A stretch of 51,627 nucleotides of DNA, taken from positions 1 to 51,627 of the forward strand of contig JAPLXR010000009.1 in assembly GCA_026395955.1 (NCBI GenBank), written 5' to 3'. The stretch's first letter is position 1. Each line of letters begins with the position of its first letter. The position numbers and the translations under genes were made by a program. The notes under the pieces were generated by a model. That model made no database searches. It had not been told where the DNA came from and saw only the letters and a list, made by a program, of their open reading frames with translations. Shown here in pieces: positions 35,514 to 44,105 of this stretch. This stretch comes from Candidatus Nomurabacteria bacterium (GTDB lineage: Bacteria; Patescibacteriota; Minisyncoccia; Phycocordibacterales; UBA9973).

Positions 35514-36560
35514 ATGAAATTTATAAAAATTTATTCAACAAAAAAAACACTTCTAATATTTTCTTTTGTGCTTGTAACTATTTTTTCTCCAATTCATAAA
35601 TCTTTCGCTCTCACTCTTACGCCTATTCGCCTTGAAATAAACGGTGATACAGGTCAAACTCTTTCAGAAGAAATGACCTTGATAAATGAGAGGGATACAG
35701 AAGAAACTTACTATTCTTCTTATGCAAACTTTGAAGCACAAGGGGAAAGTGGTAGTCCATCTTTCGTAGAAGCCAAAGACGATATCGGCACTTGGATGAG
35801 TGCAGTACCATCAATAGTTCTTCCTCCTAAAAGTTCTAAAATAGTTCAAGTTAAAATAGCTATACCATCTAATGCAGATGCTGGTGGACATTTCGGTGCA
35901 ATATTTTGGGGAACAACACCTCCTAATAATACTGGAACAAGTGTTTCCATCGGTGCAAAGACAGGTATGCTTGTACTCCTCCGTGTAAATGGAGATGTTG
36001 CTGAAAAAGGCGGAGTATTAGAATTTGCTACACAAAACAAACAAACATATTTTACTTCATTACCTATTTCTTTCTATTATCGTTTCCAAAACAATGGAGG
36101 TGACCGTATCAAGCCAACAGGAGATATCTTGATGAAAGATACGATAGGTCTTACTGGTGCAAAGATTTCTGCTAATCCTGTAGAAGGAAATATTTTACCA
36201 AATCAAGTTCGTAAATTTGAGACGGTTTGGCAAGGTAAAGATGGTCCTACACCACTCGACGATAAATCACAAGGAAACTTTTTCAATAAAGTAGGTTATG
36301 AATGGAGAAACTTTGCTTTTGGACGCTACAAAGCAGAGATGAATCTTTCTTATGGTACAAAGAATGAAGTAGCAACTGCAGTTTTTTCTTTCTGGGTATT
36401 TCCATGGCATTTAACTTTACTTAGTATTATTGCCTTATTAATTATTTTCTTCGGTGGTAAATTCTTGATAAAGAAATACAATCATTGGGTCATTTCACAA
36501 GCAGAAGCTATGATAAAGCGTGAAAATGAAATCCATGATAAACATAAAGCTCACAAATAA
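35514..36560 (+). CDS. Cell-surface Ig-fold protein with a C-terminal TM anchor, DUF916/DUF3324-like (CscA-like or chaperone-like)
   Basis: Signal peptide; LTLTPIRLEINGDTGQTLSEEMTLIN; PPKSSKIVQVKIAIPSNADAGGHFGAIFW; LPNQVRKFETVW...FGRYKAEMNLSY; a C-terminal TM helix LTLLSIIALLIIFFGG followed by a basic tail. Confidence 0.5.
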   Translation: MKFIKIYSTKKTLLIFSFVLVTIFSPIHKSFALTLTPIRLEINGDTGQTLSEEMTLINERDTEETYYSSYANFEAQGESGSPSFVEAKDDIGTWMSAVPSIVLPPKSSKIVQVKIAIPSNADAGGHFGAIFWGTTPPNNTGTSVSIGAKTGMLVLLRVNGDVAEKGGVLEFATQNKQTYFTSLPISFYYRFQNNGGDRIKPTGDILMKDTIGLTGAKISANPVEGNILPNQVRKFETVWQGKDGPTPLDDKSQGNFFNKVGYEWRNFAFGRYKAEMNLSYGTKNEVATAVFSFWVFPWHLTLLSIIALLIIFFGGKFLIKKYNHWVISQAEAMIKRENEIHDKHKAHK

Positions 36561-37506
36561 TTTTAATAAATTTATAAATAATAAAAACAAGAAAGCATTT
36601 TTCTTGTTTTTATTTATATTTTTATTTCCATTATTTTCTAATGCTAGTAGCTGTACTACTACACTCGGAGGTACTTGTAATTTAAATGATTCTATAACTA
36701 TTTCAGCTACGGTTGGTTCTAGTGGTGGTGGAGGAGGCGGAGGAGGCGGCGGTTCTGGCGGTGGCAGTTATAATCCATCTACGAGTGTTACTTTTTCTGG
36801 TTTTGCTTATCCATTATCTAGAGTTATCTTACTCCAAGATGGTCAAGAAATTTTAAATACAGTTGCTGGTCCTGATGCTCATTTTAGTATTACTGTTTCA
36901 AATTTAAATACAGGAGTATATACATTTTCAATTCTAGGTGAAGATTCTAATGGACAAAGATCTACACTTTTTACTATTCCTATTTCTACAACTTCTAACG
37001 TCGCTACAGATGTTTCAGGAATATTTATTGCCCCTACTATTGAGATAGATAAAGAGCAAGTCAAGCAAGGTGATACTATAACTGTTTTCGGAAAAACAGT
37101 TCCGAATGCTACTGTTATAATTCAAACCCATTCCGATAATTTAATTCAAGATACTGTTACTTCTGATAATTCTGGAGGATATATTTATAATCTAAATACT
37201 ACTCCTTTGGAATATGGTAACCATATTACAAAATCAAAATCTTCTTTAACGAATGTAAATACAAACCCGACCTCTTCTTTTAGTAAATTGCTTTCATTTA
37301 AAGTTGGTAGTGAAAATATAATGAAAAAAGATGCTTGTGGAAATATCGCTGATTTTAATAATGATTGTCATGTTAATTTAATAGATTTTTCTATAATGGC
37401 GTATTGGTATCATAGGACTGGAGTGCCAAAAGAAATTGATTTAAATGGAGATAGTTTTATAAATTTGGTTGATTTTAGTATATTAGCTTATCATTGGAAT
37501 GGTTAA
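36535..37506 (+). CDS. Secreted protein with a poly-Gly linker, two Ig-like domains and a C-terminal dockerin-like module
   Basis: Signal peptide ...KKAFFLFLFIFLFPLFSNA and SSGGGGGGGGGGSGGGS. The duplicated Ca-binding-type segments DFNNDCHVNLIDFSIMAYWY and DLNGDSFINLVDFSILAYHW form the dockerin pattern. The ORF opens at GTG 36520, and the ATG at 36535 is a plausible start. Confidence 0.6.
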   Translation: MINIKLTNNFNKFINNKNKKAFFLFLFIFLFPLFSNASSCTTTLGGTCNLNDSITISATVGSSGGGGGGGGGGSGGGSYNPSTSVTFSGFAYPLSRVILLQDGQEILNTVAGPDAHFSITVSNLNTGVYTFSILGEDSNGQRSTLFTIPISTTSNVATDVSGIFIAPTIEIDKEQVKQGDTITVFGKTVPNATVIIQTHSDNLIQDTVTSDNSGGYIYNLNTTPLEYGNHITKSKSSLTNVNTNPTSSFSKLLSFKVGSENIMKKDACGNIADFNNDCHVNLIDFSIMAYWYHRTGVPKEIDLNGDSFINLVDFSILAYHWNG

Positions 37507-38410
37507 AAATATTTTTAAAATTAAATATCTCTTAATGTTTGGATTATTGATATTTTTTATAATACCAAATTTTTCTTTTGCTTCTGAAATTGATTTCAAA
37601 ACAAATACTCCCAATTTAGGTATAGGTGATGAATTTACAGTTCAAGTTATTCTAAATACTCAAGGTCAAAGTATGAATGCAATATCCGGAGATATTAATT
37701 TCGATGATAGTTTTTTATCAGCTGAAAATGTTATTTTTGCTAATTCTATAGTTCCTGTTTGGATAGATTCACCTCATATTTCAGGGAATTCAATTGTTTT
37801 TTCCGGAATAATGCCGGGAGGGTATCAATCTACAGTAGATCCTGTAACACAAAATAGTGTCCCTGGAGTTATTTTTAATATTAATTTTAAAGTTAAATCC
37901 GCTGGTCAAAATTTAATACAATTTAATGATATTCATGTTTATAAAAACGATGGATTAGGAACTGAAGATATTGTTTCTATTAATCCATTTATTTTAAATT
38001 TAAATGATGTTGGTAGTAATTATGTTGTAAATAATGTGGATATTATTCCACCAGAAAATTTTACACTTACGATATTTAATGATAAAAATATTTATGATGG
38101 TAAAAATGTATTAATTTTTAGTACAAATGATAAACAAAGTGGTATTGATCATTATGAAATAAAAGAAGGCAAATATGATTGGATTCGTAGTGAAAGTCCT
38201 TATTTATTACTTGATCAAAATTTATCTGGTGAAATTGACGTAAAAGCCATAGATCTAGCCGGGAATTATACTATCAGTAAAATAAATAAATCAAAGAATT
38301 ATTTAGATATTATATTATTGTTAATTATTGCAATTATTTTATTCATTTCGCTCTTGATTCATCGTAGTCATTTGCGGTATCATAAGAAGAGGATAAGAAA
38401 TGAAAAATAA
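37499..38410 (+). CDS. Membrane-anchored cohesin-like protein (303 aa)
   Basis: Signal peptide; NLGIGDEFTVQVILNTQGQSMNAISGDINFDDSFLSAENV...GVIFNINFKVKSAG (cohesin-type beta-sandwich pattern); C-terminal TM IILLLIIAIILFISLLI plus the basic tail HRSHLRYHKKRIR. The start overlaps the upstream stop. Confidence 0.55.
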   Translation: MVKNIFKIKYLLMFGLLIFFIIPNFSFASEIDFKTNTPNLGIGDEFTVQVILNTQGQSMNAISGDINFDDSFLSAENVIFANSIVPVWIDSPHISGNSIVFSGIMPGGYQSTVDPVTQNSVPGVIFNINFKVKSAGQNLIQFNDIHVYKNDGLGTEDIVSINPFILNLNDVGSNYVVNNVDIIPPENFTLTIFNDKNIYDGKNVLIFSTNDKQSGIDHYEIKEGKYDWIRSESPYLLLDQNLSGEIDVKAIDLAGNYTISKINKSKNYLDIILLLIIAIILFISLLIHRSHLRYHKKRIRNEK

Positions 38411-39719
38411 ATTATTTTTAATAATCATATTAATAGTAGCAGTTTTTTCTGTTGGGCAAAAAGCCCATGCAGCTTCTTTGTATTTAATTCCAGATTTGGG
38501 TACTTATAATATTGATGACACTGTTACTGTTGGTGTTTTTGTTTCTACAACAAATGATAAATCAATTAATGCTATTTCAGGAGAAGTTACTTTTCCTGAA
38601 GATAAATTGAATTTTGTAAATGTTTCTAAGGTTGGATCTATCGTAAATGTTTGGACTACAGAACCTTTTAAAGAAACTAATGATGTTCGTTTTGAAGGTA
38701 TTGTTTTAAATCCGGGATATAATGGGACAAAAGGAAAAATAGCTACAATTACGTTTAAAGCTAAAAATCCAGGTGTAGCTGATTTGGCCTTTATTTCTTC
38801 TTCTGTTTTAGCAAATGATGGGCTAGGAACGAATTTATTAGATAAAACAGGAATAGCAAAATTTACGATTAATAAAACCTTGCCTTCAATAAAGGCTAAT
38901 CCAGTTTTACCTAAACCAAAGAAAGATTCAGGTCTCGTTAATGCAACTTCTACTCCAATGTTTACAATAACTCCAGTACCGACAATGGTTGAAGTAGATT
39001 TACCATATAAACAATTTACTTTTACTATTAGTAATTTAGTTAAACCAATAGCTTCTTATAATATTGCTATAGATAGAGGTAATCCAATAATATGGAATGA
39101 TGATGGTACTGGTATTTATACGACTCCAGAATTAGAATCCGGAAATCATACTTTGGTTGTAGAAGCTGTTGATACTGATGGAAATAAATTAGTTAATAGT
39201 ATTGATTTTACTGTTTCAGCTTTAAAGAAGCCAATAATAAAAATGTCTAACCAAGCCTTGCTCGATGGTGACTTTTTAGTAATTTCCGGTACAGCTACAT
39301 CAAATCAAAATGTAGATATTTATATTAAATCTCAATTAGACAATAGTGATGATATTTATAATATATTATTAGGCAAGACTTCTTTTATACAAGCTGATTT
39401 TGAAAAAGTAGGTACTAGTCTAACTGATAAAAATGGTTTATTTACTTTTGTTTATGATAATAGAATTAAAAATGGTGTATATTCTGTTTATGTAATTTCT
39501 AGAACAGATAATAATATTGAAAGTAAGCCTAGTGATACTGTTTTAATTCATGTAGATAAAAATAGTTTCCAGAAAATTTTAACACTTATTTTTAGAGCAT
39601 TAGTATTTTTCTTGTTACCATTTATCGGTTTATTAACTTTACTTAAATTAATAATTTCTTTCTTTTCTAAAATATATACAATATACAAAAGACATAAAGA
39701 AAGTACAAAAATTGAATAA
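38400..39719 (+). CDS. Membrane-anchored cohesin-like protein with two Ig-like domains (439 aa)
   Basis: Signal peptide; NIDDTVTVGVFVSTTNDKSINAISGEVTFPEDKLNFVNV...GKIATITFKAKNPGVADL; C-terminal TM ALVFFLLPFIGLLTLLKLIISFF. The start overlaps the upstream stop. Confidence 0.55.
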   Translation: MKNKLFLIIILIVAVFSVGQKAHAASLYLIPDLGTYNIDDTVTVGVFVSTTNDKSINAISGEVTFPEDKLNFVNVSKVGSIVNVWTTEPFKETNDVRFEGIVLNPGYNGTKGKIATITFKAKNPGVADLAFISSSVLANDGLGTNLLDKTGIAKFTINKTLPSIKANPVLPKPKKDSGLVNATSTPMFTITPVPTMVEVDLPYKQFTFTISNLVKPIASYNIAIDRGNPIIWNDDGTGIYTTPELESGNHTLVVEAVDTDGNKLVNSIDFTVSALKKPIIKMSNQALLDGDFLVISGTATSNQNVDIYIKSQLDNSDDIYNILLGKTSFIQADFEKVGTSLTDKNGLFTFVYDNRIKNGVYSVYVISRTDNNIESKPSDTVLIHVDKNSFQKILTLIFRALVFFLLPFIGLLTLLKLIISFFSKIYTIYKRHKESTKIE

Positions 39720-39781
39720 TTTTGCATTTAAAAGATAATTTCTTTCCTTTCTATTTTTAAAGTGTATAATTATATTTGTAA

Positions 39782-40954
39782 ATGAATAAATTTCTGGAAC
39801 AATTCAATAAAAAAAGACTAATCTCATTAGTCCTTTTTTCTTTTTTAGTTATTTTAATAATTTTTTTTATTGGAGATATTTTTCCATCTAAATACAGTCA
39901 GGCTGATATTGATCTTAAGAAAAATATAATAGCTGAAAAGAAAGTAGTAGAAAAAAAGATAGCTGTACTAGATACCGTAGCTTATGATTTAAAATTAAAA
40001 CAATTAGCAAATTATCCATTACCAAAACCTATAGTTAACGCTACTTCTACTCCTATTAACAATTCAAAAGTTACTTCAGGTTCTAAAACAATTAAGCCAG
40101 TTGAAACAAAGCCTGTAACACCTCCTAAACCTCCTTTATGGCCCGTAAAAGCACCTTATCCTAAGGTAGGGGCACTTTTACCTTTTAATAGAATTATCGC
40201 TTATTATGGCAATTTTTACTCTACAAAAATGGGCGTGCTCGGTGAATATCCAGAAGCAGAAATGTTGTCAAAATTAGATGCTGAAGCCAAGAAATGGGAA
40301 ATAGCTGACCCTACAACCCCTGTAATAAAAGCAATTGATTATATAGCTATCACAGCACAAGGTAGTGCTGGTTCTGATAAAAAATATCGTTTCCGTATGC
40401 CTGATAGTCAAATAGATAAAGCTGTTGTTCTGGCAAAAAAAGTAAATGGTATTGTTATTCTAGATGTGCAAGTTGCATTGAGTACTCTACAAATAGAATT
40501 ACCATTACTTGAAAAATATTTAAAAATGCCAGAAGTACATCTCGCTATTGATCCAGAATTTTCTATGAAGACAGGGGATAAACCAGGAAGTGTTATTGGT
40601 ACTTTTGATGCTACTGATGTGAATTATGCTGCAGATTATTTAGCTAAATTAGTAAAAGATAATAATTTACCACCAAAGATTTTGATTGTGCATCGTTTTA
40701 CTGAACATATGGTAACAAATTATAAAAATATAAAAACACTACCAGAAGTTCAAATAGTTATGGATATGGATGGATGGGGAGGAATGGCAAAAAAGAAAAA
40801 TACATATAAATCTTTCGTGCAACAACAACCTATTCAATTTACTGGATTTAAATTGTTTTACAAAAATGATTTAAAACAAGAATTAAATAGAATGATGACT
40901 CCAAATGAAGTTTTAAAACTTCAACCACAACCTAGTTTTATACAATATCAATAA
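39782..40954 (+). CDS. N-terminally anchored exported hypothetical protein (390 aa)
   Basis: TM LISLVLFSFLVILIIFFIG and a Pro-rich linker KPVTPPKPPLWP. The globular domain carries HLAIDPEF and IVHRFTEHM motifs. I cannot assign a family. Confidence 0.45.
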   Translation: MNKFLEQFNKKRLISLVLFSFLVILIIFFIGDIFPSKYSQADIDLKKNIIAEKKVVEKKIAVLDTVAYDLKLKQLANYPLPKPIVNATSTPINNSKVTSGSKTIKPVETKPVTPPKPPLWPVKAPYPKVGALLPFNRIIAYYGNFYSTKMGVLGEYPEAEMLSKLDAEAKKWEIADPTTPVIKAIDYIAITAQGSAGSDKKYRFRMPDSQIDKAVVLAKKVNGIVILDVQVALSTLQIELPLLEKYLKMPEVHLAIDPEFSMKTGDKPGSVIGTFDATDVNYAADYLAKLVKDNNLPPKILIVHRFTEHMVTNYKNIKTLPEVQIVMDMDGWGGMAKKKNTYKSFVQQQPIQFTGFKLFYKNDLKQELNRMMTPNEVLKLQPQPSFIQYQ

Positions 40955-41003
40955 TCCACTTTTTTGCTGGCTAGATACCACAAATATGGTATATTAGTTA
41001 TAT

Positions 41004-41420
41004 ATGCAAAATTCAACAACAAATATAAAAGTTTTCTTTTCAGTTATTGGTTTATTAATAGTCGGTTCTATTGCGGGTTTTATTATTCAATCAAAAATAA
41101 CTTCATCTTCTTCAGTTCCTGCTGGAAAATATGATACTTTTGCTCAATGTTTAAAAGACCAAGGCGCTACTTTTTATGGTGCTTTTTGGTGTCCTCATTG
41201 TAAAGCTCAAGAAGAATCACTTGGTATGACTCGTGAAAAACTCGAGAGCATAGGACTCTATGTAGAATGTTCATTACCAGATGCTTCAGGACAAACTCAA
41301 ATTTGTAAAGATAAAAAAATCGAAGGATATCCTACATGGGAATTCAAAGATGGATCTAGGGTAAACGAATCTCCACTTCAGGTTTTAGCAGATAAAACTT
41401 CTTGTATACTGCCCAAATAA
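41004..41420 (+). CDS. Membrane-anchored thioredoxin-like protein (CPHC active site; VKOR/DsbB-partner type)
   Basis: An N-terminal TM helix followed by ATFYGAFWCPHCKAQEE...YVECS...GYPTWEF, the pattern of the Trx-like domain associated with VKOR/Dsb systems. Confidence 0.7.
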   Translation: MQNSTTNIKVFFSVIGLLIVGSIAGFIIQSKITSSSSVPAGKYDTFAQCLKDQGATFYGAFWCPHCKAQEESLGMTREKLESIGLYVECSLPDASGQTQICKDKKIEGYPTWEFKDGSRVNESPLQVLADKTSCILPK

Positions 41421-41425
41421 ATAAT

Positions 41426-41977
41426 ATGAATCTAAATACAATTCATTATCTAAATGTTTTTCTAGGGATGGGTGCAATTTTATTACAAATTGTTTCTGTT
41501 GGTGCTTTGGGAATGTTGTTTTTTGGAAATAAAAAACATGCTTTCCTAGAATATATAGATAAACATTTTCTAATTTTAGGTTTTAGTATTTCTCTTTTTG
41601 CTACAGCATTTTCCCTTGTATATTCAGAGGCTATTGGATATGCTCCATGTCATTTATGCTGGTTGCAAAGAATATTTATTTATCCTTTAGTTTTAATGTT
41701 CGGAGTTGCTCTCTGGGATAAAGACAAAAAAGTTTTACGTTACGCACTTCCACTCATAGCTGTCGGTACTGCTATTTCTATCTATCATAATCTGCGTTAT
41801 TACTTTGGTGAAAATGGATTAACACCTTGTGATTCTAGTGGTGTGTCTTGTTACCAACAATTGGTTAGTGAATTTAATAATTATATTTCTATTCCAATGC
41901 TCGCACTTACTGGATTTTTCGCTTTGATAACTCTTTGTCTCGTTGTGCATTTCCGTCAAAAGCATATAGCTAAATAA
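41426..41977 (+). CDS. Disulfide bond formation protein DsbB/BdbC family
   Basis: APCHLCWLQRIFIYP is the CxxC plus QR signature. A second Cys pair lies in PCDSSGVSC, and there are multiple TM helices. The ORF opens at TTG 41402, but the ATG at 41426 is the more likely start. Confidence 0.75.
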   Translation: MNLNTIHYLNVFLGMGAILLQIVSVGALGMLFFGNKKHAFLEYIDKHFLILGFSISLFATAFSLVYSEAIGYAPCHLCWLQRIFIYPLVLMFGVALWDKDKKVLRYALPLIAVGTAISIYHNLRYYFGENGLTPCDSSGVSCYQQLVSEFNNYISIPMLALTGFFALITLCLVVHFRQKHIAK

Positions 41978-41984
41978 TACAAAA

Positions 41985-43232
41985 GTGAAACTTAATACTG
42001 AAAATTTTGATGTGATTGTTATTGGTGGTGGGGCGTCAGGGATGATGGCTGCTGGTGTTGCTGCACAAAAAGGTAAGAAAGTTTTAATTCTAGAAAAAAA
42101 TAAAAATCTCGGAGAAAAATTAAAAATTACAGGCGGAGGTAGGTGTAATGTCACTAATGCAGAATCTAATATAAAAGAATTTTTAAAAATCTATGGAGAA
42201 GATGGAAAATTTTTGCATTCCGCTTTTTCAAAATTTAGTTCAAAAGACTCTTTTGAATTTTTTGAATCTAGGGGGTTGCCTCTAGTGGTACAAGCCAGAA
42301 AAAGAGCTTTTCCAAATACAGAAAAAGCTATAGATGTTTTTAATGTTTTAAATACTTTTTTAATTAAAAACAATGTAAAGATTAAAACAAATTGTGGGGT
42401 AAAGAAGATACTTTCTGATAAAGACTCTATAACAGGCCTAGAAACCAAAGATGGTATATTTACAGCAAAGTCATATATTCTAGCTACAGGAGGCCTCTCA
42501 CACCCTGAGACAGGCTCTACAGGGGATGGTTTCAAATGGTTGGCTGATCTAGGTCATAAAGTTAAAAGTCCGACACCTACGATAGTACCTTTAGCAGTGG
42601 AAGAGAATTGGATAAAAATGCTTTCTGGTATTTCACTTTCTTTTATGAAAATAACTTTTTATGTTGATGGTAAAAAATCTTTCAAAGAAACTGGAAAAAT
42701 TCTTTTTACACATTTCGGACTTTCAGGTCCTTTGATTTTAAATAGTGCTGGAAAGGTGAGTAAACTTTTACATGAAGGATTAGTCACAGCACTTATCGAT
42801 GCTTATCCAGATACTGATCACGGACCACTTGAGAAAAAAATAATAAAAATATTTGATGCAAATAAAAATAAAACTTTAAAAAATGTTTTTAAAGATATTG
42901 TTCCTGAAGGTACAGCTCCAGGAATTATTACGCTATTACCGCAAATAAATTTTGAAACAAAAGTTCACAGTATTACAAAAGAAGAGAGAAAATTGATTGT
43001 TGATTTGTTAAAAGCCTTGCCTGTGACTATTACAGAACTTATGGGTTATGATCGGGCTGTTGTGGCAGATGGCGGTGTAGATTTGAGGGAAATAGATACT
43101 CGCACTATGCGTTCTTTGAAGAAAGAAAATCTTTTTGTGACAGGGGATTTACTTAATGTAAACAAAAGATCAGGGGGGTATCCTTTACAACTTTGCTGGA
43201 CTACAGGCTTCGTGGCAGGTGAAAATGCTTAG
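41985..43232 (+). CDS. HI0933/YhiN-family FAD-dependent oxidoreductase (GTG start)
   Basis: FDVIVIGGGASGMMAA...ILEKNKNLGEKLKITGGGRCNVTN is the hallmark N-terminus of this family. Confidence 0.8.
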   Translation: MKLNTENFDVIVIGGGASGMMAAGVAAQKGKKVLILEKNKNLGEKLKITGGGRCNVTNAESNIKEFLKIYGEDGKFLHSAFSKFSSKDSFEFFESRGLPLVVQARKRAFPNTEKAIDVFNVLNTFLIKNNVKIKTNCGVKKILSDKDSITGLETKDGIFTAKSYILATGGLSHPETGSTGDGFKWLADLGHKVKSPTPTIVPLAVEENWIKMLSGISLSFMKITFYVDGKKSFKETGKILFTHFGLSGPLILNSAGKVSKLLHEGLVTALIDAYPDTDHGPLEKKIIKIFDANKNKTLKNVFKDIVPEGTAPGIITLLPQINFETKVHSITKEERKLIVDLLKALPVTITELMGYDRAVVADGGVDLREIDTRTMRSLKKENLFVTGDLLNVNKRSGGYPLQLCWTTGFVAGENA

Positions 43233-43297
43233 TTTTGATACAAGTCTTTACTGTGATATAATCACTCTATTATAAGATAAAATATAAATATAAATTT

Positions 43298-43669
43298 ATG
43301 ACATATATATACATATTGGGTAAGCTTTTGTTTGGAGGTTATTTTTTGAAAGGTGGTTATGGTCACTTCAAAAACGCTGACATGCTTGCAGGTTATGCAA
43401 AATCAAAAGGCGTACCTTCAGCAAAGATCGCTGTTTTAGTTAGTGGAGGAGTAATGATCCTTGGAGGTCTAGGTGTTATTTTTGGTCCATATACACAACT
43501 CGCAACATTATTGCTTTTAGTTTTTATGTTGCCTGTAACACTCATGATGCATGCATACTGGAAAATTACTGATCCAGCACAAAGAATGGGAGATGAAATA
43601 AACTTCTATAAAAATGTTGCAATAATCGGTGCACTTCTTATGCTTTTCTGTTTAACATCACTTTTGTAA
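43298..43669 (+). CDS. DoxX-family membrane protein
   Basis: About 120 aa with four hydrophobic helices. KLLFGGYFLKGGYGHF and FYKNVAIIGALL are typical of DoxX. Confidence 0.6.
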   Translation: MTYIYILGKLLFGGYFLKGGYGHFKNADMLAGYAKSKGVPSAKIAVLVSGGVMILGGLGVIFGPYTQLATLLLLVFMLPVTLMMHAYWKITDPAQRMGDEINFYKNVAIIGALLMLFCLTSLL

Positions 43670-43688
43670 TTAAAAGTATTAAGCCTTT

Positions 43689-44105
43689 ATGACTTCATTT
43701 TATTTAATATTTATACGTTTTGGTAGAGCGATAAAATCAGCTTGGCAAGAACCAGAATTTAGAGCCTTGGTCTTCATTGTCTTTGTTATTTTATTGGCTG
43801 GAACAATCGTATATCATGCATTAGAAGGATGGAGTTATTTAGATTCATTATTTTTTAGTGTGACAACTTTGACTACTGTCGGATACGGAGGCAATGATTT
43901 GATACCTCATAGTACTGCTAGCAAGATATTTACTATGGTTTATATATTTTTAGGACTTGGTATTATTTTGAGTTTCATAAATACTATTGCTCGTCACGCA
44001 CAAAAAGAACCTTCTGTAACTCATGCATTAGTTAAAGAAGGTAAAGAAATTCTAGAAAAATTAAATATAATTCAATCTGATTTAGAGAAAGAAAAAAAGA
44101 ATTAA
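43689..44105 (+). CDS. Minimal two-TM potassium channel (138 aa)
   Basis: Selectivity-filter signature TTVGYGG between two TM helices. Confidence 0.75.
   Translation: MTSFYLIFIRFGRAIKSAWQEPEFRALVFIVFVILLAGTIVYHALEGWSYLDSLFFSVTTLTTVGYGGNDLIPHSTASKIFTMVYIFLGLGIILSFINTIARHAQKEPSVTHALVKEGKEILEKLNIIQSDLEKEKKN

Noticed and set aside
41819-42535. Minus-strand ORFs 41819-42154 and 42191-42535
   Set aside because: They lie antisense to the DsbB 3' end and to the HI0933-family flavoprotein, both of which are supported by motifs.
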